From a virus (lineage: Duplodnaviria > Caudoviricetes), in the IMG/VR virus record IMGVR_UViG_3300024235_000344, positions 4,982 to 68,981 of that record: a stretch of DNA of 64,000 bases; one strand, written 5' to 3'. Below, piece after piece: positions 18,984 through 28,438 of this stretch. The position numbers and the translations under genes were made by a program. Position 1 is the first letter of the stretch, and each line of letters starts with the position of its first letter. The notes below the pieces were generated by a model. It did no database searches and was not told the origin of the DNA. It saw only the letters and a program-made list of their open reading frames with translations.

Positions 18984-19794
18984 TATATTTTGTAAGTTCT
19001 TGTCTATACATGTTATTTATTATTTTTTCATCAGACTGTCCACTCCACATATAACTGTTAACATCATAAACAGGTCCGTTATCTTTGTATTTTTTATCTA
19101 CATAAAAGATATTAATATCAATTTCAGATAACAATTTTTGAAATTCTACTTCATCTGCTTCAATATCAAAAATATCAGCATTCACTCTTTCTTCAAGAAT
19201 ATTATAAAAATTTTTAGATATTTCTGTATTGTTTATATACATAAAGCCAGCATTCCAACCCATATATTTTTCTCCGTGTTTTGTTGTAAAACAATTAATA
19301 TCATTTTTATCAATAAACATACCTAAATCAAAATCCTTAGTATCATCTATAATAGAATTAAAGTTTTTATTTACTATGGTATCTACATCTAAATATAAAA
19401 TATATTTAAAATCATTTATTAATAATTTATTGATAGTATTAAATTTTATATTACTACAATAAACTCCTTCACACCGTTTAAAAATTGTATTACCGAATTT
19501 ACTTTTTTTTACCTTTTCTTGCAACTCACTGTAGTTTAATGTCTTTGAATCTTCGTAGTTTACAATAATTTCATCTTTAAACTCTTTATTTTCATATATT
19601 TTTAATAAATCAAAATTTATATATTCATATGGAAAATCATCGCAGTTAACTAGTCTCAATACCACGTTTAAATTATTACAATTTTTATTAATAGAATTTA
19701 AAAAAGGTTTTACATATTGAATATATTTTTGATTAGACGTACATACAACCGTTAACTTATTTTTATCTAACTCATTAATACTTTTTACGTTCAT
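18973..19794 (-). CDS. Nucleotide-diphospho-sugar transferase (GT77/GT8-like)
   Basis: 'ILYLDVDTIV', 'WNAGFMYI'; resembles 12970..13719. Confidence 0.7.
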   Translation of the reverse strand: MNVKSINELDKNKLTVVCTSNQKYIQYVKPFLNSINKNCNNLNVVLRLVNCDDFPYEYINFDLLKIYENKEFKDEIIVNYEDSKTLNYSELQEKVKKSKFGNTIFKRCEGVYCSNIKFNTINKLLINDFKYILYLDVDTIVNKNFNSIIDDTKDFDLGMFIDKNDINCFTTKHGEKYMGWNAGFMYINNTEISKNFYNILEERVNADIFDIEADEVEFQKLLSEIDINIFYVDKKYKDNGPVYDVNSYMWSGQSDEKIINNMYRQELTKYNEA

Positions 19795-19800
19795 TTGATT

Positions 19801-20724
19801 CTACCAGGATTCAGTACATTTAGCACATATACCTTTATATATATTATTTTTTTGGTTATTTACTACTTCTAACCACGGAGGACTTGAATATATTTCTTCT
19901 AACGTCTGTTTAAATAAGTTACCAACAATTCCTTTTCTTTCTAAATCATTAAATGCGCAAAAAAGAAAATCACCGTTCGGTAATACACCACCACCATCAC
20001 CTGGCCCCATAGGACATAGCCCGGTTTTTTCTCTTTCAATATATTCAAACCCTTCCAAATTATCAGCTCTGTTAGTATTATATACCTCACCAGTATTAAT
20101 ACTGATATTATTACTCTTTAACAATTTATGTATAATATAATATAACGGTGTTTTTGGGAATTCTGCATCAAAACATTTATTGCAACGTATATTTAAGTCT
20201 AATAAACTTTTAGTTTCTTTTTTTGTGAATATATCCCCGACTTTATTAAGTCTATCTAAAAATATATCATATCGATCTCTATTTGTGTTTTCAATATAAC
20301 TTTGTTTATCATAACCATATACCGAAACATTTAAATATAATTTTTTACATTTTTTGATGATATCTAGATGCTCATCCTTTAACTGTGTTAAGTTTGAAGA
20401 TATCATATAATATTTAATTTTATCATTATTTTCTAAAAATAATATTTTTTCTATAATACCTTTATCTATAAACGGTTCACCAACTGCAGGTGTAATTTGT
20501 ATATGGTTTATACCATAATCAGTAGCTCTATTGACAAGAAAAACAAAATCTTCTTGAGACATTGTTTTTGTTTTCGATAATTCATTAATATTTTTTATTG
20601 AACCTCTACAAAAAAAGCAATTTAAATTGCATAAAAAAATAGTTTGAAAATTTAATGTAGTTCCAAGGTACTCTAATTTTTTAGCTTCTTCGAAACGAGG
20701 ATCTTTATTTTTATTTAGTTGCAT
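19801..20724 (-). CDS. Radical SAM enzyme with SPASM/twitch domain
   Basis: 'CNLNCFFC', 'GEPF', C-terminal 'CPMG...PNGDFLFC...GNLFKQTLEEI...CAKC'. Confidence 0.9.
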   Translation of the reverse strand: MQLNKNKDPRFEEAKKLEYLGTTLNFQTIFLCNLNCFFCRGSIKNINELSKTKTMSQEDFVFLVNRATDYGINHIQITPAVGEPFIDKGIIEKILFLENNDKIKYYMISSNLTQLKDEHLDIIKKCKKLYLNVSVYGYDKQSYIENTNRDRYDIFLDRLNKVGDIFTKKETKSLLDLNIRCNKCFDAEFPKTPLYYIIHKLLKSNNISINTGEVYNTNRADNLEGFEYIEREKTGLCPMGPGDGGGVLPNGDFLFCAFNDLERKGIVGNLFKQTLEEIYSSPPWLEVVNNQKNNIYKGICAKCTESW

Positions 20725-20777
20725 TATTTTAAAAGAGGTTATTTAAATAATAAACCCTAATTTATCAAGTAGTTATA

Positions 20778-21623
20778 CTACAACTCTTTTATTTTATTCT
20801 TACTTTTAGTAAACGAATCTTCACCATTTGCATCTTCAATAAATCCTGGAATTGGTAATAAAATAGTGGGAAAATCTTCTAAAATTTCCCACGGTTCATT
20901 TTTATTATCTATTGAGATTATACTTGCTTTAACTGCATCTGATATCATAGTTTTTATAACTTCCATTTCAGCATCTTCATCAGGCGCTACTCCACCTTCT
21001 CTTATCTCTTTATTAATATTATCAATTGCTTGATCTTTAAAAATATTTATAACATTTTTAAAAGTATCTTTGAAATATTGAATATCATTAATTTTATCAT
21101 TTTTATATTCATCAAAGGTAATGTTAAATGCAATTGAGAATAAAGCTTCATTATATGTTAATGTTTTAGATAATAGTAATTGGTAATATATATTAAATAA
21201 TTTTATACTATATTTTGTAGTATATTTTTTAATATCTGCTTTAAGTTTATTTTTTTGTTCAAGCTGATCATCAACAAGTTTTTGAGTCTCAGTATTAACT
21301 TTGTTAATTAATTCTTCATCATCTATAAAATATAACCTAGACGGATTTTCCGCATTAGCTAGCTCACAATTATAATAAGTGTAAGATAATTCATCATCTA
21401 TACTATATTTAAACCATTTTTTATTTAATAAATCGTAAAAAATATAATATAAATCTGTACCAGAATGATTTATTTTTTTAGTAATATCGTCACCGATTAT
21501 AGATTTGTTTAATGTTACATATGTAAATACCGGTAAGCCGTTCTTAATATAAGTTACACCGATGATAAATTTACTTGCTAAACTATGCACTAGCTCGTAA
21601 TTACTGTTAAAATATTGTTCCAT
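20778..21623 (-). CDS. Hypothetical protein
   Basis: 281-aa ORF, apparently co-transcribed with 21629..22192. Confidence 0.65.
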   Translation of the reverse strand: MEQYFNSNYELVHSLASKFIIGVTYIKNGLPVFTYVTLNKSIIGDDITKKINHSGTDLYYIFYDLLNKKWFKYSIDDELSYTYYNCELANAENPSRLYFIDDEELINKVNTETQKLVDDQLEQKNKLKADIKKYTTKYSIKLFNIYYQLLLSKTLTYNEALFSIAFNITFDEYKNDKINDIQYFKDTFKNVINIFKDQAIDNINKEIREGGVAPDEDAEMEVIKTMISDAVKASIISIDNKNEPWEILEDFPTILLPIPGFIEDANGEDSFTKSKNKIKEL

Positions 21624-21628
21624 AATTA

Positions 21629-22192
21629 TTATTGTTGAATGTTGTTATATACATTGACTGCACCACCGTAACCTACTACTACAGCTCTAGATATTTGAGT
21701 TGTACCTATACTTAACCCATCGCGCGCACATACAGTATATGTACCATGAGATAAACCATCTTTACCACGGGAACGTAGTGTGCAGTTAGGGGTAGCTGTA
21801 TCTTCCACGCAGGTGACCCAGCTTGAATCACCTGGCACTTTAAACGAGTAATTCTTTTTACCTCCTGCATCCGTAACTACAGATTGACAACACAGATATA
21901 TTTCAGCTGATCCGTTATTAGCAGTACCATATGTCGTTGGTGACTCTGGATTAGTTTTTGCACACCCTGTAATTACTGAAGCTTGTTTAAATTCACTCCA
22001 TTTAACTTCAGCAGTACCAGATACATCTTTTGGCATAGACGCATTACCTACATACCAATTACGGTTAGATTTAACACCCATTATCGAATTACATTGTGTT
22101 GCTTGTCGAGTATTTGTACCTCTAACTATGTTAATACAACTTGCTCCTAAACATGTTTCTTCGTTTATTTCAATAAAATCACCTGTTGCCAT
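21629..22192 (-). CDS. Cys/Ser/Thr/Gly-rich probable virion surface or adhesin protein
   Basis: TAAATA-N5-ATG at 22192; 9 Cys; 'SGTAEVKWSEFKQAS'; Ig/SprB-like 'GLSHGTYTVCARDG'. Confidence 0.45.
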   Translation of the reverse strand: MATGDFIEINEETCLGASCINIVRGTNTRQATQCNSIMGVKSNRNWYVGNASMPKDVSGTAEVKWSEFKQASVITGCAKTNPESPTTYGTANNGSAEIYLCCQSVVTDAGGKKNYSFKVPGDSSWVTCVEDTATPNCTLRSRGKDGLSHGTYTVCARDGLSIGTTQISRAVVVGYGGAVNVYNNIQQ

Positions 22193-22250
22193 AATATTAT
22201 TTATCAATAATATATACCTTTAACAACTATAATAAAAAAACTACATTACA

Positions 22251-23141
22251 TTAATTATCTACTAAAATAATATTATATGAAGTTGAGACAGCTGTTCCTG
22301 TAGCACCATCCCACGCTCTTACCTCCAGATCTGTCTTTGCAGGGAAAGCTAACGGAACTTTATAATCTTTAATAGAATAGTTATTTAAAAACATTACATC
22401 TTTTATTCTTAAGATTTTACCGTCGTTAACTTCCGATGCTACAAAATATGCATGTACCTTCGCATTATAGTCACTACTACCGACTGACCATTGAGTTAGA
22501 TATCCCGTTTTACCAGCTGGTATAGTATAGACGCTAGTTTGGGATTGACCGAACCCCTCTTTTTTACTACCTGAACCTTTTGTACTTATAGCTATAATAG
22601 GGCTAACATTTGAATTTATATCTATAAGACCTGCATTTGTTCCATCTGAACCTGCTGTTTTAACGATAGCTCTAAAAACTCTTAAAAATTCATTTGTAGA
22701 TTCTGGTCCACCATTTCGACCATCTGTAGCGTTGCAAGATATAACTTCTGTAATAGTATTATAATTAACATCCAACCCTTGTATTTCAATAGTCCTAGCA
22801 CCTGTACCATTTAATGCATCTTCTGAGTCATCACTAATAGCAGACAATTTAGAAGCAGTTGTAAGGTAGTTATATATACCCCCCTCTTCCCAGATTGTCT
22901 GGAGATCAGCATTTACTGACAAATTAGCTCCAAACTTCTCAATGTAGCCTTGCGACTCAGTACCGCTACCGATACCGGTATTAAAAGGATCGACTTGCTG
23001 TACTAAGATTGCTGATTTATTAAAAACTCCTTGACCTTGACCTCCAGTAACTGCTGGATACCGGCTATCATTTTCAATCTCAACATATTTCATGTAGTTG
23101 AGAGTATTTTCCGGTGTATTTATAGTTGTCTTAATACTCAT
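22251..23141 (-). CDS. Probable virion structural beta-protein
   Basis: TAAATA-N5-ATG; 'GTGARTIEIQGLD..Y..ITE', 'FLRVFRA', 'YTIPAGKTGYL' recalled from phage structural proteins. Confidence 0.5.
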   Translation of the reverse strand: MSIKTTINTPENTLNYMKYVEIENDSRYPAVTGGQGQGVFNKSAILVQQVDPFNTGIGSGTESQGYIEKFGANLSVNADLQTIWEEGGIYNYLTTASKLSAISDDSEDALNGTGARTIEIQGLDVNYNTITEVISCNATDGRNGGPESTNEFLRVFRAIVKTAGSDGTNAGLIDINSNVSPIIAISTKGSGSKKEGFGQSQTSVYTIPAGKTGYLTQWSVGSSDYNAKVHAYFVASEVNDGKILRIKDVMFLNNYSIKDYKVPLAFPAKTDLEVRAWDGATGTAVSTSYNIILVDN

Positions 23142-23168
23142 ACTATTATTTAATGTATCCTCATATCT

Positions 23169-23792
23169 TTACCATTTCTTGCATGACCAGTAACCTGCAG
23201 TAGTTTTATCTTTCTTTTGATCGCATTTATGTCTAGCTCTAAAAGATTTACGAGCCTTTGGATTACTCTTACGGATCTTCATCGTTTTTTCTCCTCTACT
23301 CTTAGCAGATGTACCTCCGTGTCCGAAATTTACCTTCTTCACGTTACCAGTCTTAGGGTCCTTTACATATACCTTAAACTTCTTAACATCTCCTCTTGTA
23401 GGTTTATTAAGAGTTACTTTTCTACCTTTATATTCTGCATCCTCTTCTGGAAGACCTGAAAGTCTTTCTTCAGCTTCTTCATAGCTCCACTCTTCTTCAT
23501 CACAATCATGATAATTTATAAATCTTTGAGCTGCCTTAGCTGTGTTTGATCCTTTATCTTTAGTACCGCTCTTTAAGCTCTTAGCCTTTGAACATGTAAT
23601 TTTGCCTTTGATCTGGTTAGATAAAATACCAGGATTTACTGCCTTGTGCTTATCTTCTGCGTTTTCAGACTTCTCACATGAACCTTGTTCGCTACGCTTC
23701 TTACCTGGTACTTTTTTATACCCATCCCAGCACTTTTTTGCATCTTCTTCTAATGTTTCCATTACCGATTCATATAATCTATTAAAGTTCAT
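23169..23792 (-). CDS. Late basic protein with conserved Cys/His-containing modules of T4-like aquatic phages
   Basis: 'KKCWDGYKK', 'KVNFG', 'KSNPKARKSFRARHKC...AGYWSCKKW'; TAAATA-N5-ATG. Confidence 0.6.
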   Translation of the reverse strand: MNFNRLYESVMETLEEDAKKCWDGYKKVPGKKRSEQGSCEKSENAEDKHKAVNPGILSNQIKGKITCSKAKSLKSGTKDKGSNTAKAAQRFINYHDCDEEEWSYEEAEERLSGLPEEDAEYKGRKVTLNKPTRGDVKKFKVYVKDPKTGNVKKVNFGHGGTSAKSRGEKTMKIRKSNPKARKSFRARHKCDQKKDKTTAGYWSCKKW

Positions 23793-23809
23793 AAAATTAT
23801 TTAATCTAG

Positions 23810-23817
23810 TATAAATA
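23810..23817 (+). promoter_or_regulatory. T4-type late promoter TATAAATA
   Basis: Exact consensus 5 nt before ATG 23823; a divergent TAAATA serves 23792. Confidence 0.7.
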
Positions 23818-23822
23818 ATTAT

Positions 23823-24458
23823 ATGGCATCATTCGATAGTAATTTAATTTTTGAGAAATATAAGCAAGTAAATGAAAATCTTGGGTATGGTATTGGTAAA
23901 TCAATCAACGTTCCAGGACCTGGTGGTCAATCCACCGGGGCAAAGGTTGTATTCGCTCTAGTGAAGCCTGAACATGATCATTCAGAATGTGAAGAAGGTA
24001 AAAACGGTTGCACATGTGGAGGTTGCCCTGAATGTACAAAAAATGCTGAAGATGCTGAGAATTATGCAGAAGATGAATGCGGTCGTTCACATAGCGATGA
24101 AGAAGTTTATATTCAAGCCGGCGACGATGCTGAAGAATCAAATTGCGGTTGCGGTCAAACACCATGCATGGGTCAAGTAGAAGATGATGATGACTTTGAT
24201 GGTGAGATAGATATGGCAAGAGCTGAATTACTTAAAGCAGCTGAATATGCTACAAAATTATTCAATCATCTTGCTAATGTTGGTAGCTTAGAAGGTTGGA
24301 CAGCAAGTAAAATTACAAAAGCTTCTGATTACCTTTCATCTGTATACCATGCATTAGAATATGATGCATTAGATGCTAATGTTGAAGACGAAGAAGACGA
24401 TATTGAAATCGACGAGTTTGACGAAACTAATGTAGCTAAAAAGACAGGATTTGCTTAA
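23823..24458 (+). CDS. Acidic late protein, probable head-internal protein
   Basis: 'DSNLIFEKY' N-terminus; 'DMARAELLKAAEYATKL...WTASKITKASDYLSSVY' module. Confidence 0.6.
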   Translation: MASFDSNLIFEKYKQVNENLGYGIGKSINVPGPGGQSTGAKVVFALVKPEHDHSECEEGKNGCTCGGCPECTKNAEDAENYAEDECGRSHSDEEVYIQAGDDAEESNCGCGQTPCMGQVEDDDDFDGEIDMARAELLKAAEYATKLFNHLANVGSLEGWTASKITKASDYLSSVYHALEYDALDANVEDEEDDIEIDEFDETNVAKKTGFA

Positions 24459-26355
24459 TATTAGCTTTATCTTCTGTAGATAATACTTCAGGTGTAAAAT
24501 AGTCGATAGCTTTATCGATATCCGAAGCAATTAACTCTCTTGTCATTGTACCTGATATACCTTCTGATTGAAGAGGTATTTTTACAACACGTACTAACGG
24601 GTATTTCTCTATATTCTTCTCAAAGTATGCATACCGCTTTACATCGTCGTCTTTATCACCAGCTCCTACTATAATATTAACATCTTTATTATTATCTGCG
24701 TAATCGTATACTGATTTAACAGGTGTAACGTCAGAAATAATAACTTCAACAGGTTTATTTAAATATTTTGCATATATTTCCCATATCTGCTTTGATTGCT
24801 CAGCTGTAATACCATCTCTTTCCTTTTTACCTATAAAAATTACACCTCTATCAGCATCTTGTAAGATATAATCGAAAGAATGGTAGTGACCTTTTGTAGG
24901 TGGCTTGTAACCACCGGGATATAAAGCAATTGTTTCGGTATTTTCATCTTCAGCAATTAGTTTATTATATAAATCATTGAACTTCTCACCAAATGTATTT
25001 GTAGTAACAGGTAAACCACCTCTACCAAAATTATCGGCACGATACGGTGGATTTGAATAGACTGATTTAACTGACTCTTGTTCTGATGCAGCAGGTGTAT
25101 CAGCTGGCTTACCAGTACCGAAATTAGCAGCACTAAACTCGCCTCTATCTACTAATTTAGTAATTTGAGCACCATCAGCATCTACTCTTGATAATGCAAA
25201 CCCTTCCGGAGCTGTAGTTTGCCATTCACCAGGAGCATCTTCTAAGTATGTACCTAATAAATCATTCTGAGTAATTTCGTTGAATATTTTAATTAAGTTA
25301 TTCTTAAGATTTGCAATAATTTTAGTAATTTCAAAAGCATTCTTAATGGAAGGTCTAAGTTTCTTAAGAGCTGATAAAGTATTCTTCATCTGAGTTGTCT
25401 TTTTCTCTTTACCCTTCTCGCTCTTTAACTTCTCAATATCTTTTACAAATTTACCTGATATCCAGTTAACAAATTCTTCTGTCGATATGCTTGTATCCTC
25501 AAGAAACCTACCAGCTCTTATCTCTGAGTTAATGTATGTCTTTAATAAAGCAGTATAATCATCGAGAGAGCTAAAATCTACCTTGTCAGCTAACTTTAAA
25601 ACTTGGTTCTTCTTCTTTTGTACATCTTTTAGTAGTAATTTACTGAACGATGACTTTGCATTTTTAGGCTTATTAGCTAAAACATTAAAAACAAAAACTG
25701 TACTTGATGGTGAGAACTCTTCTGGAGCAGAAGTATATTTTTTAACCTTTAATATACCATTTTGTACCATATATTCAATATGAATAGCTACTCCAATTTT
25801 AGCTTTATTAATTTCATCACCGTATGGGCTGTTTTCTGTAACAGCATACTTAATTGTATTAGGGGTAAATGTGGTAAAGCGATTTTCATTAACAACTCCG
25901 TCAATAGTTTGAGGAGTTTCTTGAATCTTCATCTGAGGATCAAACATATAATCCATTTGATAAATACCTTTTATGTTTAATGATGGTAAATATCTGAGAG
26001 CTAATTTTAACTTGTCTGCTAAACCACCAGTACCGTGATTATCAATAATATCTTGATCAGTATAGTTAATCTTAGGGTTCTTAGCGAAAGCTGACTTACT
26101 TGCTACGAAAAACTTACCATTTGTATCTAAACCTGCTACAATAGCAGGAGCTCCGTCAAATTTAGTAGAGATCTTATAATCAGATTCATCAACAAAGTAA
26201 GCAATTGACGATTCAATCTGGTTAATTGCTTCAATTACACCCTGCTTACCTTTATTGAGAATATTCTCTTCTAAATGATCGATATGCTTTACTGCACCAT
26301 CGATTGCGTCAAAGAATTCTAATATTACGCTGTGATGTTGTTTAAATGATTTCAT
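24436..26355 (-). CDS. Fusion of a KxDG ligase-like nucleotidyltransferase domain and a HIGH-family cytidyltransferase-like domain
   Basis: 'HIDHLE', 'STKFDGAPAIVAG', 'PEGF' in N-domain; 'PGGYKPPTKGH', 'VGAGD', 'ISGTMTR' in C-domain. Confidence 0.7.
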   Translation of the reverse strand: MKSFKQHHSVILEFFDAIDGAVKHIDHLEENILNKGKQGVIEAINQIESSIAYFVDESDYKISTKFDGAPAIVAGLDTNGKFFVASKSAFAKNPKINYTDQDIIDNHGTGGLADKLKLALRYLPSLNIKGIYQMDYMFDPQMKIQETPQTIDGVVNENRFTTFTPNTIKYAVTENSPYGDEINKAKIGVAIHIEYMVQNGILKVKKYTSAPEEFSPSSTVFVFNVLANKPKNAKSSFSKLLLKDVQKKKNQVLKLADKVDFSSLDDYTALLKTYINSEIRAGRFLEDTSISTEEFVNWISGKFVKDIEKLKSEKGKEKKTTQMKNTLSALKKLRPSIKNAFEITKIIANLKNNLIKIFNEITQNDLLGTYLEDAPGEWQTTAPEGFALSRVDADGAQITKLVDRGEFSAANFGTGKPADTPAASEQESVKSVYSNPPYRADNFGRGGLPVTTNTFGEKFNDLYNKLIAEDENTETIALYPGGYKPPTKGHYHSFDYILQDADRGVIFIGKKERDGITAEQSKQIWEIYAKYLNKPVEVIISDVTPVKSVYDYADNNKDVNIIVGAGDKDDDVKRYAYFEKNIEKYPLVRVVKIPLQSEGISGTMTRELIASDIDKAIDYFTPEVLSTEDKANIKQILSF

Positions 26356-26356
26356 T

Positions 26357-27424
26357 TTATTTTAAAGTTAAATTAGCAAATGACCATCCAATACCATCTG
26401 ACCTCATAGCGAACTTAATAACTGCATCTGTATCTATTGCTTGGTGAATTTCGATAAGACTATTAACATCTCTCATATCTATAAGCTTGAACAATATTTG
26501 GTCATTACCTTGATTTATAAAACATGAAAATACATCGAATTTCTGCACTTGTTGGTATGAATATAACTGAGCTAATCCTCCAATATAAATCATACGACTA
26601 CTAGTAGTACCCGTACCAGTAATCAATCTACCTCTTTTCTTAAAAAAATTATACTCTGAAATAATATCATCTGAAAAAGTATGTACCATTTCACGAACTA
26701 GTTGTTTAATATGTTGTGTACCTGATAGATCGCATATAAAGTCTGTTACTCCATCTAATATATCGTCATCATTTTCGAAATCTTTTTGAATATGCGAGAA
26801 ATCTTTTTTAACATTCGCTTTAAAAAGTCTACCACCTTTACCTTTTAACTCAATATCTATACCCGCCACATGAAGATCACCTTTATCAGGCTTAGTACCA
26901 TTGCAAAAGTATGCTAAATATAATTCACCTTCACCAGCTCTACCAAATCGTGGCGCTTCAGGGGTAGTTGCGAAAGCAGGTTTAAAGTATGAACTTGTAA
27001 CATCGCTTTGAGGCCAATTTTTCTTAATAAAATTATCTAGATAAAATACTTGATCATTTTCAATATAATCTAATAACAGCTGCTCACTACTTTTAAAGTT
27101 ATTATCAGACATATCAAATTCACCTTCCATCATATATCTTTGCCATATATCAGCATTATTATCAATGTTACCGTTACATCTTTCTAATTTTTCTTCAATT
27201 TTAGCTCTTAGATCAGTATTATTACTCGATCCCATATTAACATACGGTTTTACAACTTTATTATAGTATTCGTTACCTACATCACCTATATGTTGTATTT
27301 GTTCATCATTTTGTTTTGAATATATAGAAACTCCTTCACCTAATACACGCTGTCTAGGTAATTTACCTACTGATTTACCAGCAGATTCTTGTAAGTATAC
27401 TTGGTCTAATGATCGCCAGCTCAT
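26357..27424 (-). CDS. Putative restriction-endonuclease-fold nuclease
   Basis: 'GEGELYL...KPDKGDLHVAGIDIELKG' (PD-x-ExK-like). Confidence 0.5.
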   Translation of the reverse strand: MSWRSLDQVYLQESAGKSVGKLPRQRVLGEGVSIYSKQNDEQIQHIGDVGNEYYNKVVKPYVNMGSSNNTDLRAKIEEKLERCNGNIDNNADIWQRYMMEGEFDMSDNNFKSSEQLLLDYIENDQVFYLDNFIKKNWPQSDVTSSYFKPAFATTPEAPRFGRAGEGELYLAYFCNGTKPDKGDLHVAGIDIELKGKGGRLFKANVKKDFSHIQKDFENDDDILDGVTDFICDLSGTQHIKQLVREMVHTFSDDIISEYNFFKKRGRLITGTGTTSSRMIYIGGLAQLYSYQQVQKFDVFSCFINQGNDQILFKLIDMRDVNSLIEIHQAIDTDAVIKFAMRSDGIGWSFANLTLK

Positions 27425-27741
27425 GTTTCGATGTCAATATCGGTTGAATACTTTTTCATAACGTTTATTAACATTGTAAGTGTGTCTTTTGCATTTACTT
27501 CATTAATATCACTAAGAGATGATATTGTATCAACATCTTCTGGGTCAATTTCAGTTACAAGAGCTTTTTTAAGCAATCTAACCAAAAGAACTTCGCTTTC
27601 AGGTGATAATGTTTCAACTTCTGCTTCTGGTTCTTCTACCGGAAGTTCTTCAGCAGGTAATTCTCCTTCAACCGGTACCTCTTCAGCAGGTACATCATCT
27701 TGTTCAGTTATAATATTATATATTTTTAAGAATTTTTTCAT
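27421..27741 (-). CDS. Acidic hypothetical late protein
   Basis: 'MKKFLKIYNIITE' N-terminus, E/P-rich linker. Confidence 0.6.
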   Translation of the reverse strand: MKKFLKIYNIITEQDDVPAEEVPVEGELPAEELPVEEPEAEVETLSPESEVLLVRLLKKALVTEIDPEDVDTISSLSDINEVNAKDTLTMLINVMKKYSTDIDIET

Positions 27742-28430
27742 GATACTCTTATACTGTTAATTTTATTAGCTATTTCGATCATTTTCTTACCATATGCTTT
27801 ATTAATTTCTTTTTGTGGGTCTGGTCCGAACATTTTACCTTTCTTTGGATCTGTTGCAAGTTTTTGAGCAAATTCAACTGCTTGTTCTTGATCTGGAGAT
27901 AAAAACTTTTCTTCATCTGAAATTTCTGCTTTAAAAAAACCATCTAATGAACGAATTTGTGGTCCACTTTCTTGATCTTCATAACTTTGATTATCTTCTG
28001 AACCTATATAACTTTTTACTCCAGGAGCTACGTATTGATCTCCTACGATTTTACCATTCCTACCATCTGTATAAAATTCAACTACATTTCTAAAAGTATT
28101 TAAAGCGTCACTGCGTGGTCTAACTCCATTTTCAACTTTAAAATCATCTGAATATTCACCATGCATATCTGGATCAATAAGACCAACAGGACCATCTAAC
28201 CCAAATTTAGCTAAAGCTTCATCTCTTAAGTCTTCATACTCTTGTAATGCTGCTAAATGAGCTTCTTTATCTTTTCTGTCTATTGCATCAAAAATTTTAT
28301 CATTTAAGCCTAACATTTCATCTCTTAAATCAGTCGCACCGGGTTGTTTGTATATATCATCGAAGGACATATATTCATTCTGAATTGATTCTGAAAGGAT
28401 TTTATTTGCTATTTGTGTGAAGTTATCCAT
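27738..28430 (-). CDS. Hypothetical late protein
   Basis: TAAATA-N5-ATG; first gene of the 28430-24436 minus-strand run. Confidence 0.65.
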   Translation of the reverse strand: MDNFTQIANKILSESIQNEYMSFDDIYKQPGATDLRDEMLGLNDKIFDAIDRKDKEAHLAALQEYEDLRDEALAKFGLDGPVGLIDPDMHGEYSDDFKVENGVRPRSDALNTFRNVVEFYTDGRNGKIVGDQYVAPGVKSYIGSEDNQSYEDQESGPQIRSLDGFFKAEISDEEKFLSPDQEQAVEFAQKLATDPKKGKMFGPDPQKEINKAYGKKMIEIANKINSIRVS

Positions 28431-28438
28431 ATTAATAT

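Noticed and set aside
27431-27760. Ser-rich plus-strand ORF, and similar short antisense or out-of-frame ORFs (e.g. 1043, 6390, 12794, 19138, 23217, 23542, 25583, 30091, 34396, 46606, 49535, 54424, 63105, 63629)
   Set aside because: All overlap longer, motif-supported genes and look like codon-bias shadows
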